DNA of 60,763 nt, counting the filler, from Catajapyx aquilonaris (taxonomy: Eukaryota), in assembly GCA_000934665.2 (NCBI GenBank). It is 3 parts of 3 records of this genome, joined end to end, with 100 filler letters (N's around TTAATTAATTAA, not from the genome) between each part and the next. Parts side by side here need not be neighbours in the genome. Positions count along the whole stretch, not along the records: positions 1 to 19,578 come from JYFJ02006433.1; positions 19,679 to 39,247 come from JYFJ02006434.1; 1 more part is not named here. The stretch is one strand, 5' to 3'. Positions 11,660 through 23,550 of the stretch are shown one piece after another. The notes under the pieces were generated by a model, which was not told the DNA's origin, searched no databases, and saw only the letters and a program-made list of their open reading frames with translations. The number at the start of each line of letters is the position of its first letter. The stretch's first letter is position 1. The position numbers and the translations under genes are program-made.

Positions 11660-14600
11660 TCACATCTCTTCCTTTGTTGAGAATGATGCCATTGCTCCAC
11701 CTGGCACAAACGTGGAAGTCAGAGGCTGCGTGTAGTCTGATGGATGATTGGGCATCCCCACTGATCCCACTCCAAGACCTCCCACCCCAACCCCTCCCCT
11801 ACCATGGCCCACTCCTCCTCGAAATCCACCTCTGCCTCGGCTCCATGGCCTGCCCCCTCTGCCCCTTCCTGCCTTGAAAGAGCCAGACTGTCTGTCTTTG
11901 TGTTTGCGAGATCCTAGGTGCTGGAAGAAGAACTCTTGTGAGAAATTGCTTGTCATCAACAGCTTATGGGAGAAATGTTTTTAAAAAATTATAAGAGAAT
12001 GGGAGGGTTGGGGGTGTGTAGCCTACTATCTATTTTATAAAACTTCATTTTACTGTTTCTTCACCAACACTATTAGGGCCTTGACAAAGTTAGAAATTAT
12101 TGCTTTGTGAGGTCTCAACAACACATTGCTGGGGGAACCTTAAAATTTACTTCAATAAAGGGTCTTCTTCCCAACAGTTTATTTCCATCAGATTAGATTT
12201 TATCCCAGGCACTTGTCCAGATATGCAGACAAAATCAACTACTTCCACACTTAATTTATCTCCTACAATTTCTTTTTCAAAATAATTTAGTATTGTCCAT
12301 CTGTGTCCATCTTGGCTTAAAAGGCAGCCCCCAGCCTTATCGAATTCCAAATTGCCCAAGGCAACAAATGAATGCGATAGAGGTTCGAAAAGATTTGTTG
12401 TTGTCATTGCATTGCCTCAGGTATGATAATATTTTTGATGTACTGTCTGTCAAACAAATAGGATTTGACAACTTCTAGCTGTCCTGAGCCTCATGCCTCA
12501 TCAAACCAGAAGCAGAATATTGCCAGTACTACTTTTCTGGGATTGCACAATCTACCTGATCTACACAATCTGACTGCCCCCCCCCCACCNCCCCCGTAAC
12601 AACTGATTCAATAAGTTTTTCCCAGCAGCCACATAACCCATGAATCAAGAAACTTCCACCAACACTAGAATGGGAATAAGTTGTTCTGTACTGCTGGGAG
12701 ATGTATCTACTTCGAAGTTCCACGGTGCTGCATATTGACCCTACATGGAATTAGAAGTCATTTCTTCATTTCTAGTCAGACCGCCGATATTTCCACTTGA
12801 TTATGTTCCTTTAATCCTTATCGTCCTGGTCCCAAGTATTCTATCGCGAATCAGAATAATGGTTCTCACAAAATATAGAAAGTGGACGCCATTGCCTAAA
12901 ACCTTTCGCGTACCCTCGAAATTGAGTTCGTGTACCCCCAGGGGTACCCCCAGTTTGAATACCACTGCACTACACCATCGTAACACCCTAATTCATCTTC
13001 AATAATTGGGAAATGTGACTGTTTCCCTGGTGTTATTACACATACAGGAGGGAAAGGCTTAATACTGACAAACCTCAATTCAATGCAGGCTAATTCACAG
13101 CATTGTTGTTGTCTGGCATATGAGCGATATTTTACAAACATTACCAGTCCTTATTTTCTTATTGTTATAAAATCCCTGGAAGCAGACTGACTTACCTGCT
13201 GCAGCTGTATCTCTGAGTTTAGGGTCACCTTGCAGGTGCTGCATATGAACTTGGTGACCTTCCCTTCGACCACCTTCTGCACACCAGCTGGAACCTCCGT
13301 AGAGGCAGGCTTCTCTCCATTCTCAGTCCCACTCCCACCTGGAGCAGGATTGATAATCAATTTTATCTATCTATCGCATCAGGAACTGATGGATAAATGA
13401 AATTGATTGATCAATCGCAAGTGCAATCATCAGTAGACACCCAGAGAAGGCAGTAAAGACAGGGAGTGTATCCCTATTCCATGTCCAAGTGCCACTTGGC
13501 ATGAAACCACAGCCTTTCCTGCCTTCTCATGGCTTCTGAGACAATGGGTGTTTTTCTACTGTCTATTACGTTAACAGTTCCTCTTTTTGGTAAAGACCAA
13601 TCATTATCACCCATGTTACCATTCCTCACTTACCAGTGGATGATTCTCCCCCAGAAGTATCACCAGAGCTGACGTCCGTCTTGCCTGCAGCTACACTCAG
13701 AGGTGACTCAGGCAGAGAAGCTGGGGTGGGAGGGGGACCAGTCACACTGGGAGCAGTCTCCGATGCAACTGGTTCAGTCTTAATCATCTTGCTTGGTGTT
13801 CCACCTCCAATGGGGGGTCCAGCTCCCCTTTTGGATGCTTTCTGCTTGTGCTTGTTACCTAGTCAAATCAAATCTCACATGAATAATAATGCACCAACCT
13901 GATTACAATGTGTGGTAAAGCAGCTTTGAAAAACCACTTCTTATTTAAAACTTAAGGTTCAAGTTCGAAGACCAAATGCAATATTTAGTGTTTCTAAAGC
14001 AATCTCACATTCATCTCTTCATCACTCTTGTTGCTTTCTTATTGCATGATGTGGTAAACTTCCCTGTTGTCATGTAATACAATGATGGAAATGCCTTGTC
14101 CGACATCTGAGCAAGATCATGGTAACAACTGTAGGCAGATAACAGGAAGTGCTCACCTGCTAGGTGTGTTTGCAGTTGCTGGGAGGAATTTACGACTACA
14201 TCACATATTTCACATTTCAAGATGTTGGTCTTGTCATCTTTGGTGAAAACCTGGCCACTATCTTGAAGTTGCTTTAATATCTCCTGAGATTTGACCTGCA
14301 AGTGAAAAGATTACATGGATGAGAAATGTAAACACCAAAGAACCTGGCTCAAAGCCAACCTTTTTCGCATGCTTTGATCCTGCAAGATGGGTCTCCAGAA
14401 CCACATGGCCCGAAAACTCGACATTGCACACATCACATCTGAGGGCCACCTGTGATGGTAGAAATAGGAAAGCTGTTATTTCTGACAGACTCTCACTTAG
14501 TACTGGCAATTTATTAGGAAACATCTATCATATACAAGGTGTTCCAACTTCATGGGTCTTTTTGAGTTATCACTAATATAGCTGGAAGTAACTTATTTTT

Positions 14601-17277
14601 GTGTAGCTTGTTGCACCCTCATCCAGGTGCTCCATTACTTCCAGGTGGTTGAATATAGTAGCTGTTATATAGAATATGGCACCTGGTTAGGGGTGCAACA
14701 AGCTACAAAAAATAACCGCTTTGAGCAAAATTTCCTGTAACTAAAAGAGACCCACAAACTTGGAACACCCTGCACGTATGTATTCAAATCATTAATTAAT
14801 TAATTAAATAAAGAGTGCTCCTTAATTTGCATTCATGACGCTGGCCTTTAATCTTCAAACATTCTTATAAAACATCAAAAAGGGGATATAACCTGAATTA
14901 TCATTGTCAAAGACATTATATGCAAGTAGCTTGAAAATAGCATGCAAAAGAATCAAATATCATTCTCAAAATTGAACTCCATGACATAAAAAGAATTCTA
15001 GAAAACAAAGAATGTGCAGAAGGCCTATATGCTACATCCCCTACAATCTTTGGAGCATGTATTCAGCCATACAAAATGACTGAAGGCACAAGCTTATAAT
15101 TTTTTGTTACTGTACAATCAATCTGGAGTGGCATCTGAAAAAATTACTCCACATGACACTACCCATCTCTCACATCACCCGGCATGTTCTGGAATGAGGC
15201 AAGAGTAACCAGATTTTAAATATTCAACATCAGGTGACTATGCAGGGTGCCCTAAAAGTCCTTCATCAATGGGGAAGTCTGTGATTTGCTTTGTAATGGT
15301 GTTTTGCCTCTGTTGACACAAAGGCTACACCCACAGAGACATTGTGGCAGAATTTAATGGCAGGCACCTGAAGAATGAACCCATAATGCAAAACACCATG
15401 AGCAGATTGCTCCAAAAATTGAGGACCACAGTGGGTGAAGCCTTTGCGTCCAGCAAGGAGAATGAGTTCCACTTGTCAGTGGTCAACATGGCTCACCTGT
15501 GGAAAGACAAAACACCATTACACAGCAAATCACAGCTCCTCCCACTGATGGAAGGACTTTTCAGCCACCCTATAGAAGTGGGCCAGTACTCCAGGTAAGC
15601 TAAAGGTTTATCAATGCAATGTTACAAAATTCTCCATTATCTTCCACATCAGCCTTCCATGAGTACCCAAGAACTGGTGTGTAATTGACTTTAGTTGTCA
15701 CAGGAGCCTAAAGAATTGCATAATTTGACATCATTAGATATCCAGATGCTACTTCTTCAAAAGGCCACATTGAAGTTCTTGAATGTATATGTGCACTCTT
15801 CATATTTTTCTTTCATTTAAGGCAATGGGAATTACTAGGCTTTTCTGATTCCAAACTACAAATGTGCAGTCAAGTAAAAAAATATATATATATATATATA
15901 CAATTTTATTGTGGAATATCCTACGGGACAGAAAATAACACTGCTTGGCAGGGATAACCCCCAAATCTTCAAGAAAATTAGGCGTACACGAGGCTAGAGG
16001 GAGTAGGTGCCGCATCACGTGATTTAAAAGGAAGCAACACACCGTAAGTGCCATCCAATCAATAAATAATGTTGTGAAGGCTATATGAAGGTTACCTTTT
16101 CCAGTTTTCAAAAGTACTGACCATGGTGATTTGCACATTTACCCGACTGAGACACTAGGCATACAGTACAATTACCATCTCATAGAAGTCTTTCAGTTGT
16201 TCCTGGAACCACAGCCAAATGCTCACCTTCACTTAGGAAACTGTTGCATTATATAGATAGAAACCAATAGTCCATTTGGAATCGACATCTGCACAAAGCT
16301 TTCTTCTGTTCACCAAAAACATGAAAGTCACAAGGTTACTGGTCAGTACTGCAGAGTATGGGTGTGTCTGTGTGTGTTGGTGGGAGCTTCCCATTTTAAT
16401 TTCGGCTTGAGGTCTCTGATATATAGCATTTGCTGTCTGGGGGCAGGCACTAGCATGGCATTCTCATATGTAAATACTGCTTGGACAGTGCTTACAGTGG
16501 GTTGCTTCCTTTCTGATCATGTGATGCGACATCTGCTCCCTCTAGCCACACATGTTCATGCACATCATTTAAGGGGGCACTACATTAAAAAATCGCCAAA
16601 AAAAACAACAACATTAGAGACAAGAAGTTGGGACTTCATTTTCATGAATGTACATAAGTCAAAGACCTATAAGCGCCTATAATCAAATCACGTTCGTGTT
16701 GATGGGCCGCCAGGGTCGCGTGACGTCACGCCACTGTCGACATGATTTAGGACGCTGGGGTCAACCTACAACCGTCAGATTTGACCTCAGGCTTCCTTGA
16801 GCATGTAGTTTTCGTTTGACTCAGAATTATAATTTTTGAAATCGTTTTAGTATTTTTTTGACGATAACTACCAAATTAAGCAGCTTTGAGAAAACATTTA
16901 ATTGAAGTAAAAATAGAAGTAGTTCGAGCAGGCTAATTTTTTTGGGCCGAATGATAGCGCTTTGTTTGAGGATAAATATAGTGAAGTGGGGAGATGAAGT
17001 GGCGCCGCAGTAACGCGCGGCCCACGGATATTAAGGTCCCGGGTTCAATCCCCACCCAGGGTTCCCACCTTTATCCGTGCAGACTAAGCCACCCGGGGGA
17101 GTTCACGAAATGACGATTAGAGACATTGCACTTGCACTTTGCACATCCCCTCCCACCCACCCTTGGAGCATACTAATTAAGATTCTTCTTAAACTCGCTC
17201 CAAAAACAAATTCCAAAGGTGGCAACCCACCCCCCCCTAAGGAGTAGTATAACTCCCCCCGTGGGGTAATGAAAAAA

Positions 17278-17320
<43 letters not shown>

Positions 17321-18603
17321 ATATAGTGAAGTGGGAAGTCCGTAGCTAAATTTTTGTGGCCTGGACGATGTCGACAGTGTCCAAATCCGGCAAACTGAGA
17401 AAAACGCTTTTTAGTTAAAAGTAGGGTAACGTAACATAGCGATAATGTGATTAAAAAAATACATTTGTGTCACACAGATGAGCTGCTGCCAGCAGGACCG
17501 GAGTAGTGCGTCCGCGTGGGAGCAGCACCTGATGGCGCTCATACCAGCGGGTAGGTGGGGAGAGCAGGGAGAACCGAAGGTTGTTGCCAGACGTCCGCTC
17601 CCGACGCGCCAATTTTTTGAATTTCGGGATGCGGTTCGCAGCGTTCGACGCAGGAAAAGACGCTTGACTTAAATAATCAAAATAATAATAATAATTTTTA
17701 AAAACGAATTTTTGAAGGTCGATGACTGTAGTGCCCTCTTAAGATTTGAAGGTTATCCCAGACAATCAGCATTACTTCCTGCCCCACAGATTTTCCACAA
17801 TAAATTTGGCTCATTTTTTATTTACTGCACCTTTTATATCAAAGGGTCACAGGTAGTGTTGTGATGGTCCAGGGCGGGGGACACCTTTTTTCAGTTTATT
17901 TTCGAAGTCACACTGATTTCAGCTTGAACAAAAACCATGCATACTTTCATATCATATGATAACATTAGAACTAGGTTAGTATTCAGGACTTCTTAATTAT
18001 GGCACTAAGCCACTGGAAGGAGGTGATGTCAGTTGTTTATCTACAATGGTGCATGAGAAACTAACGAGGTCTAAATTAGCAGCAGGAATCCTAACCGTTA
18101 ATCACCCTTTAGACACGTCCCTCACAATGGGTTAACAAAGCTTCTTCCATGCAGAGTAGGCATGTGACATGCAAATTTGGAATGTGTCCCAAGAGAATTC
18201 CACAAGATAAAAAAGAATACATAGGGGCCTATATATTACTCTTGGCTTCTTTGTGGATAGCTTGCCCATGATGTTATCTACCACTGCCTTGGTGACTGGA
18301 TCGCTTGGATAGCCAGTGGAAATGACAAGATTTCCATCATCTGCATTCTTCTTGCAATTGTTGGCAGGTGGAGGGCACATGCTGGGGCCCATCATTCCAG
18401 GTCTGCTTGGTGCAGCAGGACTGAGAAGGGATAGAAAAATTTCACCACCACTGTCGAAATTAAGTGAAAATGATATACTCACTTAAATCCAGCAGGCATT
18501 GTTGGACCTGCTCCTCGAAAAGCAGGCATAAAATAACTCATTGCCAGGTTGATGAAACCAGGCCTCAGAGGACTAAAGTTGTAGAGCGAAGTTCCAGTGT
18601 CAC
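11660..18603 (-). CDS. Matrin/U1-type C2H2 zinc-finger protein with C-terminal RGG tract (ZNF385/ZNF346/ZMAT-like, putative dsRNA-binding)
   Basis: Exons 18603-18483, 18420-18240, 14449-14360, 14295-14157, 13858-13634, 13338-13196 and 11920-11660 join in frame. Three C-x2-C-x12-H-x5-H fingers: CDVCNVEFSGHVVLETHLAGSKH, CEICDVVVNSSQQLQTHLAGNKH, CSTCKVTLNSEIQLQQHLGSRKH, followed by GRGRGG...RGRGGFRGG. Possible start ATG at 18541 (MSYFMPAF), or further upstream beyond the contig end. Confidence 0.88.
13431..13561. repeat. Imperfect 130-bp intronic hairpin
   Basis: cagtaga/tctactg, caccca/tgggtg, gagaaggcag/ctgccttctc and catg-ccaagtg/cacttgg-catg pair symmetrically. Confidence 0.6.
14535..14772. 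mobile_element. TA|CAGGGTG-family palindromic MITE
   Basis: caaggtgttccaa ... ttggaacaccctg termini. Internal tgtagcttgttgcaccc / gggtgcaacaagctaca inverted pair. Confidence 0.7.
15244..15690 (+). pseudogene. Degenerate Tc1/mariner-superfamily transposase N-terminal relic
   Basis: Starts with a CAGGGTG-like terminus. Translation HRDIVAEFNGRHLKNEPIMQNTMSRLLQKLRTT resembles the HTH N-terminus of Tc3/maT/rosa-like transposases. A downstream LPHQPSMSTQEL resembles HPYKxxxxQEL. Frame is disrupted. Recognised by eye only. Confidence 0.5.
16573..17738. mobile_element. Non-autonomous TTAA-targeting DNA transposon, Kolobok-like
   Basis: TTAA|GGGGGCACTACA ... TGTAGTGCCCTC|TTAA. A purine start with a TTAA TSD fits Kolobok rather than piggyBac (CC termini). 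No ORF. Confidence 0.7.
16991..17316 (+). mobile_element. tRNA-derived SINE with (TAAA)n tail
   Basis: A-box-like TGGCGCCGCAGT, B box GGTTCAATCCC (17042), (TAAA)n tail, and 19-bp TSD ATAAATATAGTGAAGTGGG at 16972-16990 and 17317-17335. Confidence 0.88.
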
Positions 18604-19578
18604 CTAAAATAAAAAATTGCACGGCTTCAGATATTGATGAGAGTGTGGCGATGAAATAGTGGTTCAGAAATCTACACAGAATTCTTATTGGTGCATACCA
18701 GAGTAGGTTATAGTTAGCACCTCAAATTACCTTCCATTTATTAAAAGTGCAACGCAGTATAATATAAATATCAAAAAATCTTACCATATTTCCAAAGTAC
18801 ATGCCATTTGACCATAAAAATTATTATTTCCATTTCCCCCCAAAATCTCTAGTCAAAATCAAACACCAAGTCTATTAAAGCATTTTTCAAAATGTGGTAC
18901 CCAAAAAATTTCCCCTGCGGCAGGCTTGTTGCCTCTATTTCAACAGGTTTTCATTCCTCAGTTATAAAAATTTCTTTCAAGAAACTCTTGCTGAAATATA
19001 TTGGGGAGGGGGGGCGGGGGCGTGAGTGTTTGGTGAAAACGAAAAGGGGGGCGTCATGACGGAAAGGTTGGGAACCACTGGGCTAGGCGGTGATCACAAG
19101 ATGCTTGGCTACTCACAAAATCAGGTTCCATGGTTTTTTAAACACTTTCCTCAACACTTTTTTTAAAGTTAAGGAATTTTGTGTATCACAGGTGTGTTAG
19201 TTTGTGGAAAACATTTTATGTACAAAGTTTATGGCCAAATGGTACTTACTTTCAGAATGTGATAAGATGAATTATAGTAATATTTTTATTTCATACAAAC
19301 AGCTGCTGAATCTCTATAGCATGGGGAATATTGAGAAGAGAAATTTGAATCAGAATGTCTAGGGCAGTGGTTTCCAACTGGGGTGGTTGCAGGCAGGGTC
19401 ACTGGGGGTCGCAAGCCTTGGTTCAATTTTTATTTTTGCAATTTCTGTGTCAATTGAACCATTTTTTGCTGCTTACAGAGTGTATGTTTTCTGGAAAGGG
19501 GGCAGTTGTAGAAGGGTCCAGGGGGGTGGGTTGGGGGGAGGGGGTCGCACATTTATGGAAACATGTTTAGGGGGTCGG

Positions 19579-19678
19579 NNNNNNNNNNNNNNNNNNNNNN
19601 NNNNNNNNNNNNNNNNNNNNNNTTAATTAATTAANNNNNNNNNNNNNNNNNNNNNNNNNNNNNNNNNNNNNNNNNNNN
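19579..19678. other. Artificial contig linker N44-TTAATTAATTAA-N44
   Basis: Exactly 100 bp with a 12-mer that gives stop codons in all six frames. An identical linker occurs at 39248. Confidence 0.95.
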
Positions 19679-20421
19679 ACATAACCACCTTCGGTTTTAA
19701 ATGGTGTACCTGCAGCAAGTGGCGAATCAGTGACGCTTTCATCTTAGTCCACTGGTCGCACCTAAAAGCTCCATTCCAATCAGGAACCGTGCAGGCCACC
19801 ACTGAGGGCATTGGGAAGCCAATAGTCAAAGTGTCGCCCTCCAGCATTGGCGGGAGAAGGGCAGCAACCTGGACATCGTTGCCAGTTGGGCCAGTGGCAG
19901 CAGACCCTTTGATGAAGAAACCAAATTCCGAATAGTTATTGAGCAAATAAATAGAAACGTCTTTTTCATTTTTTTGCGGCGTTTTGAAGAGGAATTGAGT
20001 TTAGCCGTAAATGGTAGGAATGCACTTCACGACGGTGGGCATCTGTGTTCAAAATTTGGAAGCTCTACCTACAGCAGAACTTGAGCTAGGGCGAATAAAA
20101 AAAGCGTAACAAGAACAACAAGATGTTGAAGAAATTCATTGTTGAAATCTATGCTACGGTCTTACTAAGGGGCTATCGCCCCTTAAATATGGAAAGTTAA
20201 ATGTTGATTATTACGGAATGGGGATGGTGGGGGGGGAGTGGGAAGGTGGGTGCATGCAGTGCATGGGACAGGAAGGGGGGGGGGGGAAAGTGGGAGGGGG
20301 CGATTCATGGACTTGGGCATTNTTAGAAGAGTGTTCCAAAGTCCTTTTCGCCTCCTGTGGCCAAGGATGACCTCGGAGGTCAATTCCAATGCGCTACGAA
20401 CCTTCCCGGTAAAAAACTACC

Positions 20422-20515
20422 CCTGGTGATACCCCTGGGGCATATGTGGAGGCCTCCGTATGGATTTGCATAGGTCACAGAGAGACAGACATAGGTCTTG
20501 AAATATGTATTAGAT
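20422..20515 (+). mobile_element. Interspersed repeat end, possibly a Helitron-like 3' end, with an inverted copy at 39150-39247
   Basis: cccctggggcatatgtggaggcctccgtatggatttgcata...acagacataggtcttgaaatatgtattagat matches the reverse complement of 39150-39247. Class assignment is tentative. Confidence 0.5.
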
Positions 20516-21405
20516 GCCAATTGGTGATGAGTACCAGGAGTTTAGAGGACAATATTTTATTCAGTGTCTATCGCAAATTTTACCTACAGGCGGAAGACAT
20601 TTGAGGTATAGTCACTTGCAAAAACAATCAGTACCGTATTTTGTCACACTTATGACAAAATAATACAGCCACACCTTATTTTGAAAGAATTCGTGGTGTA
20701 CGCTTATTTTAACTCATTCGTTGCACTACAGAAGTTGCATGAGAGGGCAGCTTGATATGAATATTACTGCATAATTAAAAACCATTATGTCTGCTTCGAA
20801 ATGATACCGCCAGATGTATTATTTCCCGCTTTATCCAGTGTTGTACCCATTTATGGTCCATTTTTATGCAATATGTATGTCTAATTACCTAAGCCGAAAT
20901 CGTAAAAAAGAAGATGATAGGACCATATTACATGTGGGGTTGTAGACTTGTACACGTACATATGAGAATAAATGAAGATAGACCCACACTACTCTAATAT
21001 AACTGACAGTATTATATATGAGAGTCATGATGTAACTAAGCATTTCTCTCAACATCTCACAATAACTATTATTACCCTTTGAGAATCATCAAATTGCCAT
21101 CCCGAATGCTGATATAGAGCCTGGACACATGAGGCGGGGATTGATTGAAGGGAGGCAAGGGACACGCATTGTGGACAAATAATATCACCATTTTCATGGG
21201 GGAAACACTATTAGCACTCATCCATCAACCGGCAGGTGACAGTTCTAACTTCACAAACTCGTTCACAATATAATGCACAAATATAACAGTTCTTAAACAA
21301 CTTGATAGGTATACGTCATAAAATTCGTAGTTCTGTGAGGATCTGACCCTGTCGATCAAGCAGGACCCGCATAGCAGGAGGGAGAGGACGCACGTGGTGT
21401 TGAAA

Positions 21406-23550
21406 CTAAGGTAGAACATGTGGGTGACCCTGTTGTTGCAGACTACTGAGAGAAATACAGTCGTCCTCTTTTGTGCGGAGAGTTGTCGACGTACTGGTCG
21501 ATGGTTCAGGATCAACCGGTTTCACTTCAGTGATGGGGAAAGAAGGCCGTTTGGGTGAGGGCCATTTGGACAACATCTCCATTAAGAAGCACGCGGCAGT
21601 TACAATCCATCCAGCAACAATGAGGACGAAAGGACCGTACAGCTTCCTCACAGTGAGGGGCATGCTCTCCTCCTCTTCCTCGCTCAACATCCCTTCCTCC
21701 GACTCTTCTTCTTCCTCCTCACTCTTGGACCACTGGCGACGCTGCACCTCCTTCAGGGAATTGCGGAACACACGGGACAGTTCGTTGTGCTGCAGATAGT
21801 CCGACAACCCGCTCTCAAAAATACAGCCACCAATTCTGCTCACTTCTGGCCAGGCTGGGATGTCCTTGAGGGCTGATCCACCAGTGAATATGTTGAGGGT
21901 GGGTTCTGTCTTGTCTCTCACGCGAAGCTTACCATTGCTGTCCACCACTTCAGATTTAGACAGGTCCATGAAGTAATTAATTCCGATGCAACTGAAATAG
22001 TTCTCTTCAGCTGCTTTTTCAACACATTCCGTGTAGCTTCTCATCATCTTCACTTTTTCCGCGATCTCGTGGTAGTAAGTGTGACCTTCCACTTTTCTCG
22101 ATAAGAAGCTGTAGAGCAAAGCCGATTCCAAATGGGCTCCCACTTCAAAATGCGAGTTTCTGAGTTCCTCTAGTGTGGTTGGAAGAGTCTCCTTCTCAGG
22201 GACTGCCACAAAAGCGAAAACCATTTCTTGATATTCACACGAAAGATTAATGGCCACGAAAAACCAAAACAGGACAAAGATTCTCGCTGCATGAGCCCTA
22301 GGAAACTCTTCGTTGGGCAACCGCTCAACCAATGCACCTGCGCAGGAGTGAATTGCGATGTCTCCAAAGTCTTTTCCTGGAACAGTGTACAAGGCGTCTT
22401 CTATTTTGAGCAGTTTCCAGGTGACTCCTATTGCAAAAGCAGTTGCTAAAGCGATCAAGACCCAGACCCCAGGCTCGTAAGGCCAGAAGACAGTCTTCCA
22501 CGTCCACAGGGGCCTGGGGAATCCGGTGACGAATTCAAAGCGGAGGTACATGGCGGGGTAAATGTATTTAACATGTGACATGTCGTCTCCTTGGTAGAAA
22601 GAGGCAAAGCAGAAGTATGCTTGTCCCGTCACCAAGTCTTTAATAGGTGACAGCCAAGTTCCGTTGCGCAGACGAGACCTCTCCATCATCTCTGGGACTA
22701 TTGTCATTTCGTACGTGCTCCATGTGAAGTTCATCTTGTCGCTGTATAATAGAAGATAAGCTTCGATGAAGTCGAGAGACAACAAGCCATTCCTCTCCCT
22801 CTTCAACTTGACTTCATCTCCATCGAGGTTCCTTATAAAAACACCCCTTACATGCCTCCCATGAACGTTTTTTGCCAAATCCGGGAACATGTCCCCTACC
22901 TCCAGTCCCGGATACTGTCCCAGAGTCATCTTGGTGTTCTTTCCCTCGTTGCAAAAGAAGCAAATGGTGGCCAGCTCCAGTGACCCTCCATCAGGAGAAG
23001 GCTTGATGGCCACCTTCCACCTCATCCCCAGCATGCTGTTGGTCCTGTCCTCCTTTGGTGAAATGGCCTTGTCCGGGTCTTCCCTGGTCCAGATGACGAC
23101 GTGGTCATCGTCTGACCTGACCTTGACCCTGGTGGAGACGAAGATGCTCATCCGGTTGACCAGTCCGGATGTCCTGGTGGTGAGCAGCTGCACCAGACAA
23201 GGACCGGTCCACTCCTTGGAGCTAATGTCCCAATAATCTCGATGCGACGCGTCTTCAGGGACAGAGAAGGACTCGGGAGGGGACAGACTCAGTGTCGGGC
23301 GATAATGAGAATTCGCTTTAGAGAGGAGCGTTTGAAAAGTGTTCGGAACAGACATAAAATCGTGGGCCAGCAGAAGAGTACAATCGTGCAACTTCTCGGA
23401 GTGAACGTCTTGCATCAGACTGTATACGAGGTCTTCAGTAGTTGTCCTGTTTTTGATGCAGTACTGGTTAATGAAACGAGATTGGGAAAAGACGCGTCCC
23501 TTAAACACCACCGCGATTACGAACATGGCGATGATACTCATCACAGCCAT
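21406..23550 (-). CDS. Divergent ionotropic (chemosensory) receptor, intronless, about 714 aa
   Basis: Uninterrupted ORF. N-terminal hydrophobic signal (MAVMSIIAMFVIAVVF, ATG 23550). S1 with MNFT and NGTW. M1 TVFWPYEPGVWVLIALATAFAIGV, M2 ARIFVLFWFFVAINLSCEYQEMVFAFVAVP, PTTLEEL, and M3 PLTVRKLYGPFVLIVAGWIVTAACFLME. This is the standard IR/iGluR-like topology. Confidence 0.9.
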   Translation of the reverse strand: MAVMSIIAMFVIAVVFKGRVFSQSRFINQYCIKNRTTTEDLVYSLMQDVHSEKLHDCTLLLAHDFMSVPNTFQTLLSKANSHYRPTLSLSPPESFSVPEDASHRDYWDISSKEWTGPCLVQLLTTRTSGLVNRMSIFVSTRVKVRSDDDHVVIWTREDPDKAISPKEDRTNSMLGMRWKVAIKPSPDGGSLELATICFFCNEGKNTKMTLGQYPGLEVGDMFPDLAKNVHGRHVRGVFIRNLDGDEVKLKRERNGLLSLDFIEAYLLLYSDKMNFTWSTYEMTIVPEMMERSRLRNGTWLSPIKDLVTGQAYFCFASFYQGDDMSHVKYIYPAMYLRFEFVTGFPRPLWTWKTVFWPYEPGVWVLIALATAFAIGVTWKLLKIEDALYTVPGKDFGDIAIHSCAGALVERLPNEEFPRAHAARIFVLFWFFVAINLSCEYQEMVFAFVAVPEKETLPTTLEELRNSHFEVGAHLESALLYSFLSRKVEGHTYYHEIAEKVKMMRSYTECVEKAAEENYFSCIGINYFMDLSKSEVVDSNGKLRVRDKTEPTLNIFTGGSALKDIPAWPEVSRIGGCIFESGLSDYLQHNELSRVFRNSLKEVQRRQWSKSEEEEEESEEGMLSEEEEESMPLTVRKLYGPFVLIVAGWIVTAACFLMEMLSKWPSPKRPSFPITEVKPVDPEPSTSTSTTLRTKEDDCISLSSLQQQGHPHVLP

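Larger units (their letters stand above)
15864..17830. mobile_element. Ancient diverged palindromic element split by later insertions
   Basis: Left arm about 15864-16125 is reverse-complementary to about 16340-16570 plus 17742-17830. Examples: ggctagaggggagtaggtgccgcatcacgtgat vs atcatgtgatgcgacatctgctccctctagcc, and gggataaccc/ggttatccc. Confidence 0.6.

Noticed and set aside
12147..12407. RNase H-like relic (VVDFVCISGQVPGIKSN)
   Set aside because: Only vague similarity to the WIPSHVGIxGNE motif. Cannot be supported without a profile search.
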